DNA of 24,344 bases from a virus (IMGVR_UViG_3300012953_000219:1-24344); one strand, 5' to 3'. Counted from the first letter of the stretch, positions 8,604-17,961 are shown. Numbers and translations are program-made. The notes: generated from the sequence alone by a model not told the origin.

Positions 8604-11600
8604 CCTTGACTTTAGTAGTTGTGAATCTACCAGTAAAGGTTGATGACGATGTTGCTTCAGATGATTTGTTTAAACTGATGCTAACATTGTTACCAACTAC
8701 AGTAACTGTAGCATCCATCAAATCATTATCTGAGGTGATTGAGTTAGTCACTGTATTATGTGCTGTTGTACCAGCTGCAGAACATATGCTAGTTACTTCG
8801 AGCATATGTACTTTACCATCATTACTTTCAATAGTAACAAGAGTTTTTGCACCCTTGTATGCTGTTTTGTCAAACTGAATGATAGTTGTAGTTGATGTGA
8901 ATGATGTTAATTCGCCACCTTCAACACGACAATCATCGAGTTCTACAAAGTCAGCAGTAGAATCAAAGACTGTTAAGTATGATGTTGTACCACCGTTCCA
9001 ACCTCTATTGATTTTCCATGCGGCCTGAGCAGCATTAGCATCTAGAGATATAAATTCTTTACTATCTAATCGAGTAACAAAATCTTGTTGTAAAATATCA
9101 AGTCTTGATCTAGCAGCAACTGTATTAGTAATTGCAGTAACTGGGAATGATATATCATGTGTAGGTGTTGATCCTCCAATCAAATTACCAGCTATTGTAA
9201 TAACTTCTTGTTCTTCATAATTAACACCACCTGCAACTTTAACTACTGAAGCAATGTTTCCACTACCATCACTGGTTACGGTAAATGTAGCACCAGTACC
9301 TTCAAACTGACCAGTAGATCCAACAGCACTGTATGTTTGTGATGTTCCATAATTACCTGCTACAGAAGTTATGGTTCCAATTGTATTAATAGAACCTTGA
9401 ACTGGAACTCCTCTAAGTCTGAAACCACTAGCAACTTCAATATCTTTTTTGGATCTAACCTGTAAGATACTTGCTCCAGAGAAAGTAACTGCAAGTGGAT
9501 CACCTGCTGCAGTACCATTAAATGTTGCAGTTCCTGCAACGTCAAATGTCTTAGCAGTTCTAAGTGTGAATTTAGTTTGAGATATACTTAATGAGTTAAC
9601 ACCAGTGTTAAAGAACTCAAATGTATCTTCGTCAGCACCTGGTGCTGATTCGGTCAACACATAAGTATCTTGGTCAACGTCTCTAACACCACCAAGAGAA
9701 ACAAAATCATTTCCGTTATAACCTTCAAACTGTAATTGAGTTGTGTTATATCTGATAGCACCTGCTCTGCGGTTATCAGCAATTGGACGTTGGTTTGTAG
9801 TACCTGCAGGAACTACTAATGATCCAGTTGTGTCACAAAGAATATCTTTACCTGCACCTGGTTTTAATACTACACCTGTACCATCTATATCAGTAACAGT
9901 AATAGTTCTTCCAGTTCCACCACCAGCTGCAGTAATCGTAAGTGTTTCGCCAATTCTATAATTCTGACCTTTCGCAACAATAGTTACAGCAGAGAAATCT
10001 CCAGACGCTACTGTGACTGTTACAGTACATCCAGTACCATCTGCAGATGAAGTAGTTGCTGTTGCTGTGTATGTTCCGTCTGTATATCCAGATCCAGTTC
10101 CTGTAACTGATACTGAAAGTATTTCACCAAAGGATTTAACTGCTAGAGTACTATTATTAGCAATAACATTATCTCTTACACGTAAAAGACCTGCATCAAG
10201 ATTACCTGAGAATGTAGCGTCACCAGTAGCGGTATCAATTTTAAATACCTCAGTTCCACCAGCAGCATCTAAGATATTAAAGTCTTGATTTGCTCCACCA
10301 ATAATAGTAAAGTTACCTTGCCCTTTTGGTGAAACTTTAAGATCAACATTGAGATCTGTACCAACAGTTTCAATTAATCCATCATTATTAATTTTTATCT
10401 GAGTTGCTGGAGCACCAATTGTTATTGATTCATTAGTAGCATCTACTTTTAAGAAAGGATTTATACTAGCAACATCACTATCTACTTGGAAATCTAATGT
10501 TTGTAATGTAGCAGTAGGTCCGACAAATCCTTTTTGTACACCTGATACAGTTAATCCAATTGAATTAGCACCAGCTCTGAAGTATCCAGTTTGAGTATTA
10601 GATGCAAGTTTAAATGTTGGTGCAGCTGCAGTTCCATCTGCTAAAGCAATTGTTGCGGAAGAAATAACAGTGTTTCCAGATGTAGTTAATCCAGAAATTG
10701 TGGCAGAAGTCTGAACATTAAGAGTTGCAGAACTCAATGCTCCAGTGGTATTAATGGTTCCACCTGAGGTGATACCACCTGTGACACTGATTGAACCACC
10801 ACTGTTTACATTTTTAAATGTTGTATTACCTTCTTTATCAATAGACCATAACTGAGATGTGGCAGAACCATCATACCCAAGTTCAATTGGAGTAATATCA
10901 ATGGTAGTGGCAACTTGAATTGCAATTGCTGTACCAGTAGTTACTAGTTTTAATGGTGGTGTGTCGATTAATAATAAAGTATCATTAGCAAAGAAACCAA
11001 AACCTGCGTCAGCTATAGTGACACTATCAAGATAACCTGCTTTAGTTACTGTAAATTGGAAACCAGATCCATTACCTGCAGTATCAAAAGTCGCATCTGC
11101 AGTTAGAACATCACCTACTGTGTAAGGTCCACCTGTTGTAGAAAAACCAGTCACAGAAGAAACGGAACGATCGTCTGCGTTTATGGTAAATGAAGCACCA
11201 GATCCAGTATTTCCTACATTAGTTACATCGACTGTTACTACATCAGTTGCTTTATATCCTGTACCCTGATTAGAAAACGTCCAACTACTTATTGCTGTCC
11301 CACCATCTGCAACCACAATAGTTGCTGTGGCACCATATCCATATACTCCTTGACTTCCGACTCCAGTGGATATTGCAAAGTTATTACCAGTTTGAGGTAC
11401 AGCACCATATTGAATAGTATCTGCTGCTACCCATGTAGATTTAACTACTAGATATGCTAATGCACCAGCTGTTCCTGCTTGACCAGTTGTTGAAAAATCA
11501 AGTGCTGATGGATTAGATGATGTAATAGAGAATGTTTTACCATCCATACTAGCATCAGATAAATCAAAGTTATATGAGTTATAACTTAATAATGCTGTTG

Positions 11601-14600
11601 CGGGTGATTCAACACCACCAAGTAAGAATACAGATTCAGTTGTTTCTGCTGAAGTAGATGTAGCAGTTGTTGCTGATGTAGTAAGAGTTTCATTGATCTG
11701 GAAAGGACCGCTAGTAACAGTTGCGATACGTAAGAAATTTGTTCCAAGGAAACTGATAGTACCACTAGCACCACTTGTTCCACCAGTAACTGTTTGTCCA
11801 ACACTAAAGGTTGCTCCACTATATGCAGAAACTACAATTGTTCCAGCCATTGCTGCGTGGTTTCCACAAACATAATAATAAGTACCAGGTGCAGTATTTG
11901 CAAGATCCCAAACAATATCTCCAGTTGTAGCACCATTATTTGCTACACCATCAGTTGTTCCAAGTGTTTCATTAGCATTATATGCACCAGTTACTTTCTG
12001 AATCCAGAGTGGATGACTGTTTGCAGTAGCAGTCATAGTTAATGTAAGTTTATCTCCCTTCTCAACAGCAAAAGAAATATCATCTCCAGTTGCTGTTCCT
12101 ACAGAAGATGTTCTTGTAAATGTATAGTTAGTATTGGATCCACCAGTAGTAGAAACTTCATATGCTTGATCATCACTATCAGCATATCTAAATGGGATGT
12201 ATGATCTATCAGCACTAGTTACCGCAATAGTCGATGTTGGATTATTCCTAATTGGTGTAGAGCTATATGTTTGTGGTGTATATCCAGAACCACCAGTTAG
12301 TGTACCTGTAAGACCAACAACAGTAAGGGTCGCAGATGTTTGAGTAATTACACCGCCACCAAGTAGAGAAATTCCAGTGTAAGTACCTGGTACATAACCA
12401 GATCCACCATTCGTAATAGTACCTGCTAAAGGTAAAACTTTTAAATCTAGTTTTGCATCTGAACCTGCACCACCTAGTAGAGTAAGTGTTGGTGCGGTAG
12501 TATATCCTTCACCTGCACCTGTAACAGCAATACCAGTTATAGTACCAGATTTTTTACTGAATGAAGGAGTAAGTTGTGCATCTGTTGTTGGATTACCACC
12601 TTCAACTACGACTGTAGGTAAAATAGAATACCCTCTACCAGGATTTGTTACAGTAATTGTATCAAGAGCATATCCCAGAACAGCAGTACCTGCAAGACCA
12701 GTACCAGTTGTATCACCTGTGGTGGGAGTAATAGTTACAGATGGAACGCTAGAATATTCACTACCAACAGCACCTAATGCAAATGTGTCAACTCTATATC
12801 CAAGAGTTACTTGAACAGCACCATCTGAACCACCAGAATCAGTAATTGTTACGATGGGTGATGAACTATATCCATTACCTGCATCCGTGATTGTTGGTGG
12901 TTGTAGTACTCCACCACTCTGTGTAATAGTAGCAGTCGCTGTTTTACCTGAAATCGTATGAAGTTCGGAAGAACCACCTGCAGTTAGGTTGATTACTGCT
13001 CCACCTGATGTTGCACCTAATTTAATTGTGTCAGTAGTGACAGCAACAACAAAATAAGTAGTTCCACTTGTTAAACCAATATTGATTGATCCACCACCAT
13101 TATCATAAACTACTTCATCACCCACAAGGAATGGATGAGATGCTAGACTAATAGCATCAGTTGCACTATTAACAGCACTTATAATATCAAATGAGTTAGT
13201 GTTAGGTGCAGCAATAGAAAGTGTTGGACTAACATATCCAGTACCAGGAGTACCGATTGTCATCGCTACAACTTTACCTGCATTGGTTTTAAGAGTTGTA
13301 GTTGCAGTTGCTTGTGTACCACTACCACCAGGTGCTGCAATTACAACATCAGGAGGAGAAGTATATCCTGAACCTGGATTAGTTATTGTAACACTGTTTA
13401 AAGTACCCCCAGATACGAGTGAAGCAGTTGCTGTAGCAACATTAGTTGGGTTACTAACTGCAGTAAACTGTTGTTCAAAACCTGCATAATTACTTCCTTC
13501 AGAAACAATATTTACAGTAGCAATTCCTAAACTGAATACTGTAAGGTTTTTGTTAGAGAAGAGACCGTAACTAGAGAAACCAGCTTGCTCATTACCTTCT
13601 ACTTTAAATGATAGACTACCATCTACGGTACTATCAATACTTGTATATTTGTTGGCATCAAAGTAAAGTTTTTCTGGAGAGATAATTTCTGCATTTAATG
13701 TAATATCTTCATTTGATGCAGGGTCAATAATAACAGCACCAGAAGTAGAACTTAAAGTATTACCAGAAAGTCTTAAATTACCTGTCTGAACGTATGCAGG
13801 ATAAATGTTTGTTGTACCAGTAGCATCTGATAAGGTAATACTTGCAGCAGTTGATGTTGTAGACTGTGAAGTGAAATTAACTGTTCCAGTTCTTTGGTTA
13901 ACAGTAAGAGCAGAACCTATTCTATAATCACCTTCTTGGTCAACTGATTCGTAGTAAACTTTACCATCATTAAGTTCTTCTACTTCATTTGCTTGTACTG
14001 CTAGATCAGGGTCATTAGTAGAGTCTTTACCAGATCCAACATACTGGAAACTGTGTCCAGTTAGATTTACTGTAGTACCTCTACCATCAGAAGTAACACC
14101 TTTTACACCATATACACTTGAACATCCTGATGCATGTACCTCAGCACCAAACTGCGAATAGTCAGCAGTGGCAACAGAACTTGCTGAGTCTCCACCATTA
14201 GAACGAATATCTTTAATTCCTTTACCACTATTAGTTGTAGCTGTAGTAGCATCGTCGCCATTGAAATGATATAATACTACAGTGTTAAGATCAGATGAAT
14301 ACTCACCTGTTGTTGGTGTAAAGTTACCAGTAAAACGACCTGCACCTTTACTAATTCTTACTTCATCAATATGACCTGCAAATCCATTTGCACCAGAGTT
14401 ATAATCTCCACCAATAATTAACGGTTTTGTAGAACCATAGTCATTACCATCTGTATAAGTAGAACCTACTTGGGTTCCATCAAGGAATAATTTTGTACTA
14501 CCACCACTTCTAGCAACAGCAACATGATACCATGTACCAGTTGATAGAGTTCCACCATTTGCTTGAGATGTATTTCCTACACCATAATGTAGAGCAGTGC

Positions 14601-16119
14601 CATTTAGATAGAGAACAGGTGCAGTGTCAGTTGTAGATCCACTTCTTAGATCTATAATAGTTTGAGTTCCAGACACACTGGAAGGACGTATGAATGCTTC
14701 TATACAGAAGTTGGTAGTACCTAGACCAAGATCTCCGTCTGTTGGTACATTAAGATAGTCACCAGTACCATCAAGTAATAGTGATGCTGATCCAAATTTC
14801 TTTTGAGCAGTATCTATCTGAGCGTCACCATTAGTAACTGCTGCTACAGGTGTTGCAACTCCTGTAGAAAATAGTCCTGTTCCTTTACCGTTAAGGAAAA
14901 CATATGTACCATCATTAGAATCTATGGTGCCATATGCTTCTGCTTTCTTATAAGTTACGTTACCTGTAGTTGATCCTGATGCAGCATCAGCAAATGTAAA
15001 ACTGTTAGCGTCTACTACAGTAACTGCGTAATAGTTATCAGTTACACTACCAGTAATAGCGTCTGCATATATGACATCAGCAGTTGTCAGTCCGTGGTTG
15101 GTATTCGTGACTGTAACAGTGGTTCCTGTTCTAGCATATGTACCAGATTTAAAGGTATCTTCTAGTTGATATATTATTTCGGCAGCTGCAAAAGTACCCG
15201 AAACACCATTTAATTTTAAACGTGCTTTACCAGTACCATATATACCAGTCGCCCCTTCAAGAGTTTTGATGCTGTTACTATTGAAATAGAAATAGCAATC
15301 AGCCATTTCAACTCTCATTCCATTAGTAGCAGTAACACCTATATTGTTAGGTGTAATAAAGGTACATTCGTTAAAGACAAATCCAAGTGTTCCTGTAGAA
15401 GCACTCCAAAGTGCACCATCTAAGTATGCACCACCACCTGCTTTATTAGTTCCAGTGGCATCGTATCCATAAGGATCACCTGCATTGACAGGACTTCCTT
15501 TTGGGAAGAAAGTACATCTCTCAACAACAGGAACTTGAGTGTTATTTGTATTGCTTGCTACCGTAATTCCGTATTTCGGTGACTTCCACCCTCTCAATTG
15601 TAAGTCAGAGATTCTAGTATCACCTTCCATCACCAACAGATGTTGATCTTCTGAAGCTGCTGTATTTTCTACTATTGTTGTTCTTTGATCAGATCCTTTA
15701 ATACTAACATTATCTGGTATTGTTAAAGGAGCAGTTTCCTGATAAGTACCAGGTGCTATCTGGATTTGATCTCCAGACTGAGCAACAGACAACGCTTTAG
15801 CAACAGTTAAAAATGCAGTATCCTGATGCTTACCACCAGCTCCACCATTTCCTAATGTAGTTGTATCAGCACCATTTTTTGCGACATACCAAACATTGCC
15901 AGGACCATCAGTGATGTCCGTAGCAAACATTGAGGTTGTAACCTCACCCGTATTGGGTTTTTGGTTAGCAATCTCAACAATCGTGCCAGCATTGTTTACA
16001 TAAAGTTTTCTATCAGCAATATTAAGAGCGACTTCACCATTGGTGATGTTAGAAGTCGTCGGTACTACTGTCGCTGTCGTCGATCTCTTTAGTTTGATTC
16101 TCGTCGGTTCGGCTGCCAT
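8599..16119 (-). CDS. 2506-aa giant tail-fibre / virion structural protein: Mtd-N-like N-terminus, beta-helix scaffold, LamG/ConA-like domain, GSGY repeats, cupredoxin-like domain
   Basis: N-terminus IKLKRS...GEVALNIADRKLY. Beta-helix cap WYVAKNG..AFLTVAKAL..GDQIQIAPGTYQE. LamG-like FCIEAFIRP..WYHVAVAR..LFLDG..GHIDEVRISKG. About 15 G(S/T)GY repeats. PGTYYYVCGNHAAMAG. Fibre motif VPAGTTNQRP..GAIRYNTT..FEGY. Confidence 0.93.
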   Translation of the reverse strand: MAAEPTRIKLKRSTTATVVPTTSNITNGEVALNIADRKLYVNNAGTIVEIANQKPNTGEVTTSMFATDITDGPGNVWYVAKNGADTTTLGNGGAGGKHQDTAFLTVAKALSVAQSGDQIQIAPGTYQETAPLTIPDNVSIKGSDQRTTIVENTAASEDQHLLVMEGDTRISDLQLRGWKSPKYGITVASNTNNTQVPVVERCTFFPKGSPVNAGDPYGYDATGTNKAGGGAYLDGALWSASTGTLGFVFNECTFITPNNIGVTATNGMRVEMADCYFYFNSNSIKTLEGATGIYGTGKARLKLNGVSGTFAAAEIIYQLEDTFKSGTYARTGTTVTVTNTNHGLTTADVIYADAITGSVTDNYYAVTVVDANSFTFADAASGSTTGNVTYKKAEAYGTIDSNDGTYVFLNGKGTGLFSTGVATPVAAVTNGDAQIDTAQKKFGSASLLLDGTGDYLNVPTDGDLGLGTTNFCIEAFIRPSSVSGTQTIIDLRSGSTTDTAPVLYLNGTALHYGVGNTSQANGGTLSTGTWYHVAVARSGGSTKLFLDGTQVGSTYTDGNDYGSTKPLIIGGDYNSGANGFAGHIDEVRISKGAGRFTGNFTPTTGEYSSDLNTVVLYHFNGDDATTATTNSGKGIKDIRSNGGDSASSVATADYSQFGAEVHASGCSSVYGVKGVTSDGRGTTVNLTGHSFQYVGSGKDSTNDPDLAVQANEVEELNDGKVYYESVDQEGDYRIGSALTVNQRTGTVNFTSQSTTSTAASITLSDATGTTNIYPAYVQTGNLRLSGNTLSSTSGAVIIDPASNEDITLNAEIISPEKLYFDANKYTSIDSTVDGSLSFKVEGNEQAGFSSYGLFSNKNLTVFSLGIATVNIVSEGSNYAGFEQQFTAVSNPTNVATATASLVSGGTLNSVTITNPGSGYTSPPDVVIAAPGGSGTQATATTTLKTNAGKVVAMTIGTPGTGYVSPTLSIAAPNTNSFDIISAVNSATDAISLASHPFLVGDEVVYDNGGGSINIGLTSGTTYFVVAVTTDTIKLGATSGGAVINLTAGGSSELHTISGKTATATITQSGGVLQPPTITDAGNGYSSSPIVTITDSGGSDGAVQVTLGYRVDTFALGAVGSEYSSVPSVTITPTTGDTTGTGLAGTAVLGYALDTITVTNPGRGYSILPTVVVEGGNPTTDAQLTPSFSKKSGTITGIAVTGAGEGYTTAPTLTLLGGAGSDAKLDLKVLPLAGTITNGGSGYVPGTYTGISLLGGGVITQTSATLTVVGLTGTLTGGSGYTPQTYSSTPIRNNPTSTIAVTSADRSYIPFRYADSDDQAYEVSTTGGSNTNYTFTRTSSVGTATGDDISFAVEKGDKLTLTMTATANSHPLWIQKVTGAYNANETLGTTDGVANNGATTGDIVWDLANTAPGTYYYVCGNHAAMAGTIVVSAYSGATFSVGQTVTGGTSGASGTISFLGTNFLRIATVTSGPFQINETLTTSATTATSTSAETTESVFLLGGVESPATALLSYNSYNFDLSDASMDGKTFSITSSNPSALDFSTTGQAGTAGALAYLVVKSTWVAADTIQYGAVPQTGNNFAISTGVGSQGVYGYGATATIVVADGGTAISSWTFSNQGTGYKATDVVTVDVTNVGNTGSGASFTINADDRSVSSVTGFSTTGGPYTVGDVLTADATFDTAGNGSGFQFTVTKAGYLDSVTIADAGFGFFANDTLLLIDTPPLKLVTTGTAIAIQVATTIDITPIELGYDGSATSQLWSIDKEGNTTFKNVNSGGSISVTGGITSGGTINTTGALSSATLNVQTSATISGLTTSGNTVISSATIALADGTAAAPTFKLASNTQTGYFRAGANSIGLTVSGVQKGFVGPTATLQTLDFQVDSDVASINPFLKVDATNESITIGAPATQIKINNDGLIETVGTDLNVDLKVSPKGQGNFTIIGGANQDFNILDAAGGTEVFKIDTATGDATFSGNLDAGLLRVRDNVIANNSTLAVKSFGEILSVSVTGTGSGYTDGTYTATATTSSADGTGCTVTVTVASGDFSAVTIVAKGQNYRIGETLTITAAGGGTGRTITVTDIDGTGVVLKPGAGKDILCDTTGSLVVPAGTTNQRPIADNRRAGAIRYNTTQLQFEGYNGNDFVSLGGVRDVDQDTYVLTESAPGADEDTFEFFNTGVNSLSISQTKFTLRTAKTFDVAGTATFNGTAAGDPLAVTFSGASILQVRSKKDIEVASGFRLRGVPVQGSINTIGTITSVAGNYGTSQTYSAVGSTGQFEGTGATFTVTSDGSGNIASVVKVAGGVNYEEQEVITIAGNLIGGSTPTHDISFPVTAITNTVAARSRLDILQQDFVTRLDSKEFISLDANAAQAAWKINRGWNGGTTSYLTVFDSTADFVELDDCRVEGGELTSFTSTTTIIQFDKTAYKGAKTLVTIESNDGKVHMLEVTSICSAAGTTAHNTVTNSITSDNDLMDATVTVVGNNVSISLNKSSEATSSSTFTGRFTTTKVKV
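9120..13530 (-). repeat. GSGY-type beta repeats (V.I...G.GY...P.V.I / GSGY..GTY) within the 2506-aa protein
   Basis: Examples: ITNPGSGYTSPP, IGTPGTGYVSP, ITDAGNGYSSSP, VTNPGRGYSILP, VTGAGEGYTTAP, ITNGGSGYVPGTY, TGGSGYTPQTY, SNQGTGYKATD, VTGTGSGYTDGTY, VAKGQNYRIGE, VAGGVNYEEQE. Confidence 0.85.
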
Positions 16120-16270
16120 TTAAAGCATTCTCAGTTTGTTGTTCTGTTATACTATTTAACTGACTTTGTAAATCGGATATTTTAGCTTCCAGCATTACAT
16201 TCGTCAGCGTCAAATCAGAAATTTTTTTCTGTAATGTTGCAATAACAATTTGTACATTCATTCCAGTCAT
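16049..16270 (-). CDS. Small coiled-coil protein with acidic tail (start may be Met4 at 16261)
   Basis: Fills the gap between two fibre genes. Clear heptads LQKKISDLTLTNVMLEAKISDLQSQL. The 3' end overlaps the 2506-aa gene by 71 nt. Confidence 0.7.
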   Translation of the reverse strand: MTGMNVQIVIATLQKKISDLTLTNVMLEAKISDLQSQLNSITEQQTENALNGSRTDENQTKEIDDSDSSTDDF

Positions 16271-16284
16271 AGTTCATAATGATT

Positions 16285-17961
16285 CTAAAACGTCCCCCCG
16301 TCGATCGTGTTTGTCCATACGGGCACACCACCAGAGGTAACGGTAAGTATTTGATAAGATGTTGTAGCATCAGCACCTGTACCAGGAGATGCTATATTAG
16401 CAGCAGCAGTAACTTGCATTGCAGAACTACCATCACCATAAGGAATACCATACTGGGTAAAGGATGAAACTCCTGTACCACCATATTGTACTTCAAGGTC
16501 AGTATCTAGTTCTAGGTCACCAAGCACAACTGTACCACGGTTACCTGTTACACCAAAGACTGTACCAGTGTCTGTAGCATTCTCAATGAATGTCCAAGCA
16601 CCAGCTCCATCGGCACCACCTGTGCGGTCGTATCCAAAGAAACCAAATTGAGCAGCACTGCCTGTGTGATAGTGTACCTTAACACCTCTATCTAGGGCAT
16701 CATTGGCACCACGTACAACAGTTATTGTACTGCCAGCATCAATGTTTTGTGTGATTGCATTGTTTAATGCTAAGGTTTTTGTACCAGTAGTGATTGTAGC
16801 GATAGTTGTGCTACCTGCAATACCAGTTCCAGATACTGCGTCACCAACAGTTAGACCGTCTATCTTGTCAACAATTATAGAAGTGGCACCAGAAGTAGCA
16901 CTAGTATTAATAGTTAAGACTACAGTAGGATCAGCAAGTTCAATGGTAGGATCATTAACTGACATGTTTGCCGAGTTAACTGTTGTTGTCGTACCATCAA
17001 TTTGGAGGTCACCTTTAATAATAACCAAACCTGATGCATCTCCACCTGCAGGATCAGGGTCAAGTATCAATTCTTGAATAGAGTTGATAGTAGATAGTGT
17101 ATTACCATCTAATCTAAGGTTATCAATCTCAATTTGACCAGTCTGAGCTGTATTACCAGAGATGTTAGTTTGACCATTAAAGGTAACACCATTCTGGAAA
17201 ATAGTTGTGGAGTTAACAGTTAAGTTATCTGTATTTGCATCACCAATAGTAGCATCATTTTCTACTAGAAGTTCAGCAACAGATGCCTTTCCTCCAATAC
17301 CTACACCACCAACAACTTGGAATGCACCAGATGTTGAGTTAGTAGAAGCAGTTGTGTCTGCTATTTTGAGTGCTACTCCATTGTCATACTCCCAATCAGC
17401 ACCTTCAACTCTAACTTTATCTAGAGTTGTCTCATCATAACGAATAGAACCATCTTTGTTAGTACCGAAGGTGATCTTCATATCATCAGCGATACGCAAG
17501 TCGGGGGTACCTGCAGCACGTTTGATGTCTAGAACACTGTCAGAATCATTGTAGACTAATTCTACATCTCCAGTAGTACCAAATTCTAATTCTTGACCGT
17601 CTTGTATAACGACCTTACCAGTACCATTAGCAGCAATCACTAGGTCAGTGTCTGCTGTACCAGTTGTTATGGTGCTACCATTTAAGTTTATATCATCTAC
17701 ATTCCAGTTATCTATCTTTGAGTTGCTATCTACAACAACTGCAGAACTAGCAGTAAGAGTACCTGCAACATGATCAAGCATGTCAGTGAAATACTTACCA
17801 CCAACTATTTGGGCAGCACCGTTATTATCACCAACAAACAGTCGGTCATCCGCGTTTGCTTGTGTTCCGTTACCACCAATAGTTACGGCTAATTCACCGT
17901 AAGTTATGGTTCCTGGTGCTGTTGCCCCAGTACTCCTTTTAATTAGGATTGACGATGCCAT
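16285..17961 (-). CDS. 558-aa tail fibre protein (Mtd-N-like N-terminus, C-terminal IDGGTF)
   Basis: ILIKRS..PGTITYGELA..RLFVGD N-terminus. Fibre motifs STNSTSGAFQVVGGVGIG, GDLQIDGTTTTVNS, VNDPTIEL..DRG..GFFGYD and LEVQYGGTG. TGATG coupling to the upstream gene. Confidence 0.9.
   Translation of the reverse strand: MASSILIKRSTGATAPGTITYGELAVTIGGNGTQANADDRLFVGDNNGAAQIVGGKYFTDMLDHVAGTLTASSAVVVDSNSKIDNWNVDDINLNGSTITTGTADTDLVIAANGTGKVVIQDGQELEFGTTGDVELVYNDSDSVLDIKRAAGTPDLRIADDMKITFGTNKDGSIRYDETTLDKVRVEGADWEYDNGVALKIADTTASTNSTSGAFQVVGGVGIGGKASVAELLVENDATIGDANTDNLTVNSTTIFQNGVTFNGQTNISGNTAQTGQIEIDNLRLDGNTLSTINSIQELILDPDPAGGDASGLVIIKGDLQIDGTTTTVNSANMSVNDPTIELADPTVVLTINTSATSGATSIIVDKIDGLTVGDAVSGTGIAGSTTIATITTGTKTLALNNAITQNIDAGSTITVVRGANDALDRGVKVHYHTGSAAQFGFFGYDRTGGADGAGAWTFIENATDTGTVFGVTGNRGTVVLGDLELDTDLEVQYGGTGVSSFTQYGIPYGDGSSAMQVTAAANIASPGTGADATTSYQILTVTSGGVPVWTNTIDGGTF

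Noticed and set aside
16117-16125. Slippery heptamer T TTA AAT just before the 2506-aa start, suggesting a frameshift fusion with the small coiled-coil gene
   Set aside because: A -1 shift enters a frame that stops within about 10 codons, and the 2506-aa frame is +1 relative to the small gene. The heptamer is also common in AT-rich DNA.
16294-16299. G6 run near the end of the 558-aa gene as a phase-variation tract
   Set aside because: It is short and explained by the Gly-Gly codons of the GGxF motif, and there is no evidence of length variation.
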